From a virus (Duplodnaviria; Caudoviricetes): DNA of 49,463 nucleotides. Below are positions 45,315 to 49,463 of this stretch, one piece after another (the first letter of the stretch is position 1; every line of letters starts with the position of its first letter). Both the position numbers and the translations under genes were made by a program. The stretch is taken from positions 1-49,463 of IMG/VR virus record IMGVR_UViG_3300030048_000005, one strand, 5' to 3'. The notes under the pieces were generated by a model, which saw only the letters and a list, made by a program, of their open reading frames with translations, searched no databases and was not told where the DNA came from.

Positions 45315-45355
45315 ACTTCGACTTACTTCGACTTACTTCGACAAGCTCAGTAACC
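45315..45355 (+). repeat. Family A unit with a 10-nt 5' stutter
   Basis: acttcgactt acttcgactt acttcgacaagctcagtaacc. Confidence 0.9.
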
Positions 45356-45370
45356 GAGATTAAATTAGAT

Positions 45371-45739
45371 TTAAAACATAGAGTTTATTTTATCCATGGA
45401 GTCTTTTACTGCTTTGGTGAGTTCTTCATCTAGGTTTACTTTAGTTTCGGTTTGTTTGGCAAGAACGAAAGGAATTAGTTTTGAAACGAGTGCAAATTGT
45501 ACATCTATATCGAGCGCTTCAAATTTATCTTTAAACTTTTTGTTTTTCATTTTTACGAATACAAAATCACATACAAGTTCCATAACTGCATTTTTAAGTT
45601 GTGCAGTTGTTTTGTTTTGTGTTCCTTTTTGCCTACCTCCTGTTTTAATCTTCTTTGCAATCTTCTTTGCAGTAGGTTTAGGTGTTTCGATTTTGATTTC
45701 ATCGTTAGCTTGTTGCGGTTGTTCGGGATTCTTTTTCAT
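45371..45739 (-). CDS. Terminase small subunit-like protein
   Basis: KTGGRQKGTQNKTT motif, common at TerS-like N-termini; divergent from the portal. Confidence 0.55.
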   Translation of the reverse strand: MKKNPEQPQQANDEIKIETPKPTAKKIAKKIKTGGRQKGTQNKTTAQLKNAVMELVCDFVFVKMKNKKFKDKFEALDIDVQFALVSKLIPFVLAKQTETKVNLDEELTKAVKDSMDKINSMF

Positions 45740-45811
45740 TGGTGTTGGTGTATACGTTTAAATGCAAAATACGCACATAGAAATGGTTAGGCAATGTTTG
45801 CTAATAATAAA

Positions 45812-45828
45812 TTGACAACGTGGGCAAA
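45812..45828 (+). promoter_or_regulatory. Second copy of the 17-bp late-operon motif
   Basis: ttgacaacgtgggcaaa. Confidence 0.65.
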
Positions 45829-45873
45829 AATAGCGGTCAGAAATGTGGATTTTTGATTTCATTTTGACTCACC

Positions 45874-47880
45874 ATGAAAGAAACCAACCGAAATATATCA
45901 GCATACGCAAAGAAGTACGGTAAAACAGCACAGAAAGACCGTAAGAAAGCCAATAGTGAGAATTTTTCAGACAACGATCTGGGAAGAAAACAAAACCTAT
46001 TGATGTCGTTTTACAACTGTTGGAACTCACTTTCACAGCTCAGGACTGATATAAGACGTAATGAAGAATTCGTTTATGGCGATCAACACAGCGACACAGT
46101 GTATGATCATAAGAAAAAACGACGCATCACAGAACGCCAGTTATTCATAGAACAAGGATTACAACCATCTCAGTACAATATCATACGCAACGTTTTACGC
46201 ACCATTGTGGGTGTATGGTCCAGTAACAAGACTTTACCCGTTTGCGTAGCTCAGAAAGAAGAACATCAAGCCGAAAGCGATGTACTTACAGCCACACTCC
46301 ATACAGTATACAGAAAAAATGAACTTTGGAAGTTTAGATACTCTCAACTCGTTCAATTACTCATTTCCGGCCTAATGATCACTAAAAACCATTACGTGAA
46401 CCGTGACGGTGACAGTGACATAGTGAACGATTACATTTCCCCCTTCAATTTCTTTGTGGATAATACCATGAAAGACCCACGATACAAAGATTGTAGCCTA
46501 GTGGGTTGCTTTTATGACATGTCGGTAGATGATATAGTGGGTATGTTCTCCAAAGGCAGCAAAGTACGTGCTGAGAAGATCCGCAGTTTTTACCGTGGAG
46601 CAGATAAAGAACGCATGTATGAAATGACACAGACGTTCACCGACCAACGATTAGAGAAAGATTTCTTTGTTCCCGGCATTGAAGCCTTTGGGATGGGAAG
46701 AGTTATTGAAGGGTGGAGAAAAGAAAGCGGTGAATGCTATTGGATTCATGACTATTTGAATGGTGAGTATTACCCGGACTTCAAAATAAAAGAGTACGAG
46801 ATAACCGCCGAGAATAACCGCAGGATAAAAGAACAGGCAAAAATGGGAGTATTACCAGAAGATATGCTATTGATTGAGTACGAGTGGGGAACGTCAAGTT
46901 ATTGGAAATACTACTTTATGACTCCATTTGGAGAAGTATTGGACGAAGGTATCAATCCATTCTGGCACGAAAAACCACCGATTATCTTTGAGATACACGA
47001 ATTCTTTGTTGGTAAAATTTACCCATTCGTAAAGGACCTGATCGATACACAAAAACAAGTCAATAAACTTTCGGCCATTTCGGAACTTCTATCCAAGTAT
47101 AGTGCAAAGTCATTGCTGTTTATGCCAACTTCAGCTATTGATGAAGAAAGTGGAGGTATAGAAGAGATTGAACGTAAAATGACTGATTACGATGCAGTAA
47201 TACCATACAATGGAAAGACAGGCGATCCAAAACCTGAGTTTGTAAATACCGTAGCGCAAGCCTTCACCCCACTGAATGTAGTAAATATGTACTTACGCTT
47301 GAGCGAAAACGTGAGTGGCGTGTATGGAGCTTTGCAAGGTTCGGCACCAACGGCCGGAACACCCGCGCAGATGTATGCACAGCAAAGTCAGAACTCAGCA
47401 ACGAGTTTGAACGGAATATTTGAGTCAGTAAATTCTTTTGTATTGAGATGCGACAAAATGAATGTACAGCTGATGCAACAGTTCTATAAAGGTACTCGCT
47501 ATATTTTTGATAAAGGATCAGGAAAACGATTACTTTACGATGAAAACAGAGTGAAAAATATTGACGTGGAAATATCAGTATCAGAAAATACCGATACACC
47601 CGCTTACCGGTTGATGAAAAATGATTTACTGTTTCAGTTGAAAGACTATGATACTAACAACGTACTGGATTTACGCGGATTACTAGAAGCCGGTGATTTG
47701 CCTTTCAAAGATCAATTGCTAAACTACATCAACAAACGCGAAACAGAAGCCAAAGAAGCAGCACAAGCCGGTCAACCTATACCACCCGGACAACCAATGC
47801 CACCAGAATTACAACAGCAGTTAGGACAGTATCAGTTTGCACCGGAAGTGAAGGAACAGTTAGCGGGAATTAATCAGTAA
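45874..47880 (+). CDS. Portal protein (P22-like/podovirus type)
   Basis: 668 aa; FVYGDQ, YNIIR, PFNFFVD, VKDLIDTQKQVNKL, SGVYGALQG, Gln/Pro-rich C-terminus. Confidence 0.8.
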   Translation: MKETNRNISAYAKKYGKTAQKDRKKANSENFSDNDLGRKQNLLMSFYNCWNSLSQLRTDIRRNEEFVYGDQHSDTVYDHKKKRRITERQLFIEQGLQPSQYNIIRNVLRTIVGVWSSNKTLPVCVAQKEEHQAESDVLTATLHTVYRKNELWKFRYSQLVQLLISGLMITKNHYVNRDGDSDIVNDYISPFNFFVDNTMKDPRYKDCSLVGCFYDMSVDDIVGMFSKGSKVRAEKIRSFYRGADKERMYEMTQTFTDQRLEKDFFVPGIEAFGMGRVIEGWRKESGECYWIHDYLNGEYYPDFKIKEYEITAENNRRIKEQAKMGVLPEDMLLIEYEWGTSSYWKYYFMTPFGEVLDEGINPFWHEKPPIIFEIHEFFVGKIYPFVKDLIDTQKQVNKLSAISELLSKYSAKSLLFMPTSAIDEESGGIEEIERKMTDYDAVIPYNGKTGDPKPEFVNTVAQAFTPLNVVNMYLRLSENVSGVYGALQGSAPTAGTPAQMYAQQSQNSATSLNGIFESVNSFVLRCDKMNVQLMQQFYKGTRYIFDKGSGKRLLYDENRVKNIDVEISVSENTDTPAYRLMKNDLLFQLKDYDTNNVLDLRGLLEAGDLPFKDQLLNYINKRETEAKEAAQAGQPIPPGQPMPPELQQQLGQYQFAPEVKEQLAGINQ

Positions 47881-47883
47881 AAT

Positions 47884-47920
47884 ACCTCACCCCCAACCCC
47901 TCTCCTTAATGAGAGGGGAG
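47884..47920 (+). repeat. Family C hairpin repeat 3 nt after the portal stop codon
   Basis: acctcacccccaacccctctc-cttaat-gagaggggag. Confidence 0.85.
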
Positions 47921-47932
47921 AAAGAAAGGATC

Positions 47933-48178
47933 ATGAAAAAGTATACAAAAGTTGAGATTAAATTCAATAAGAAAAAAGGATATTATATAATCTCAGTTGA
48001 ATATAAAGAAGATGTATGGGAAACTGGATTTTCAGGAGCAAAAATTTATATAATTGGTAATTACTACGTACTAACTCAATGGGGAAGCGGAGAACCAATA
48101 GCTGTTTTTACGAACAAACAAGAAATAAAAGATTATTTTTCAAAAAAGTACAATTTTACTCCGGTTATAATTGATTAA
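47933..48178 (+). CDS. Hypothetical AT-rich protein (start re-called at 47933)
   Basis: Short moron-like ORF between the portal and tail genes. Confidence 0.55.
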   Translation: MKKYTKVEIKFNKKKGYYIISVEYKEDVWETGFSGAKIYIIGNYYVLTQWGSGEPIAVFTNKQEIKDYFSKKYNFTPVIID

Positions 48179-48184
48179 TAAAGC

Positions 48185-49463
48185 ATGAAGAAGACAGTAG
48201 AGATAAAAGGAATAACAACTACATCGATGTACAATGATGGTGATTGTATGAGTGTGGTGAATATGCGCAAAAAGAATGGCGTATTTAAACCTGTATCTCC
48301 ACGAAAAGCGATTTATACACTGGCCAATAAGTATGATGAACTATTTGTACACCAATTACCATCTACTGGTGAAAACTGGATAGGTGTGAGAAGTGGGAAA
48401 CTTTGGTACATTCAAAACATAGGAACACCAGGGCAAACCGATACAGAGTTATGTACGGTTGCATCTGTTCCTTCCATTACACAGATCGGAAATATTTTGA
48501 ATGTACTTGATACAACCGGACTGAAATATATTTTGTGGTACGATAATGAGTATAAACTTATCGACTCCAATTTTGACGGTGACCAAACCAGTACAGCAAT
48601 AGGACCGGTAAAAGTAGATTTGAAAGTAGATGGTGAACTAGATGCAAGCGGTTATGTAAAGACACGAGCTTACAGAAGCGATGCACAATTCAGTTATGCT
48701 ACCAATGCCGACGCCAATACAGATGATAATAGAAAAGTCCGTGCTTTTATTTACGACGGACTACATGCAAAAGCATTAGCCGGAATAAAGACAGACGGTT
48801 TTTTAAATGGTTTTGTCATGGCCATTACTGCATTGGAATTGTACGACGGTTCATTTATCATGCACTCAAACCCTGTATTGCTGAATCAATCCTTTGACAG
48901 ATCAACACGCTATCAGGTTGCGGTGAATGCGATCAATTATAATTACCTGGACAAGAAAGCCGTATTTCAGCCCGGTAACATTCCACTAAACGAAACTGTC
49001 ATCAATAACGATGGTTATGCAAACATTGGAATACCAACAGGAATCAGTTTTGCATTTGCACCCAATTCAGGTGACAGAATAGGAACACAGGTTTATTCCA
49101 TACCTAGTGTATTAGGATTTTATGGAAAAGTAGAAAATAATAACGAGGTAGCAAATAAATACCTTTGGTTACTGGCCAGTTATAACCGGTTGAAATTTAA
49201 AGTCAACGCAACGATAGATCAGAAATACAAGTCGCTGATCAAATCAATGTCGGTTTTTATCACACCCGAAATAACGCTGTACAAAACACCAAATGCAAAG
49301 AACTATGAATTTGTAGGATATGCACATTTTTCAGATTCAGGAGCATACCACGAAGTACCTGAGAACTATCTTCCACCACTGAAAACAGATGTAGAGCTTT
49401 ACAAAGAACTGACAGCTAACCAACAATTCTACAAAGTAAAAGAAATACCATTTGATGAACTTG
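48185..49463 (+). CDS. Probable tail nozzle/stabilisation protein, truncated by the window end (not in the ORF track)
   Basis: ATG at 48185, MKKTVEIKGITTTSMYNDGDCMSVVNMRKKNG..KPV; the frame at the edge still reads KEIPFDEL; beta-rich; follows the portal. Confidence 0.65.
   Translation, partial: MKKTVEIKGITTTSMYNDGDCMSVVNMRKKNGVFKPVSPRKAIYTLANKYDELFVHQLPSTGENWIGVRSGKLWYIQNIGTPGQTDTELCTVASVPSITQIGNILNVLDTTGLKYILWYDNEYKLIDSNFDGDQTSTAIGPVKVDLKVDGELDASGYVKTRAYRSDAQFSYATNADANTDDNRKVRAFIYDGLHAKALAGIKTDGFLNGFVMAITALELYDGSFIMHSNPVLLNQSFDRSTRYQVAVNAINYNYLDKKAVFQPGNIPLNETVINNDGYANIGIPTGISFAFAPNSGDRIGTQVYSIPSVLGFYGKVENNNEVANKYLWLLASYNRLKFKVNATIDQKYKSLIKSMSVFITPEITLYKTPNAKNYEFVGYAHFSDSGAYHEVPENYLPPLKTDVELYKELTANQQFYKVKEIPFDEL

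Noticed and set aside
45396-45790. Plus-strand ORFs upstream of the portal
   Set aside because: Antisense to the better-supported TerS-like gene

Overview
Most of the genome of a temperate, probably podovirus-like, Bacteroidota phage. The host assignment rests on TAnnTTTG-type promoters, A-rich leaders without Shine-Dalgarno sequences and a Bacteroidetes-type integrase. Virion genes lie at both ends, and an apparently intact attP (3' half of tRNA-Pro(TGG)) sits next to the integrase with phage genes on both sides, so this looks like the excised, circularly permuted form. Modules in order: a 4265-aa polyvalent protein (InPase-like, N6A-methyltransferase, HExxH peptidases, ART-like, LPD23/LPD38-like); a leftward accessory block (YopX-like genes, rhomboid protease, radical SAM); scaffold, capsid, adaptor, collagen fibre and BspA-type LRR protein; lysis genes; TerL; integrase/attP; a repressor switch with three 20-bp operators; early genes with C5- and Dam-type methylases; a gpII/X-like replication initiator; a TerS-like gene; the portal; and a truncated tail gene. 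The most striking unexplained structure is at least six families of short dispersed repeats, led by about 33 copies of CTTCGACAAGCTCAGCAACC-like units. Within each family, every copy I found has the same genome-strand orientation regardless of gene direction. They occur in frame inside proteins (including at domain junctions of the giant protein), immediately after stop codons, and as stuttered partial copies, and no cognate enzyme is evident in the window. A second candidate novelty is a capsid protein with an N-terminal membrane/signal segment in a genome that encodes a rhomboid protease and no recognisable prohead protease. All family assignments come from motif recognition by eye, not database searches.
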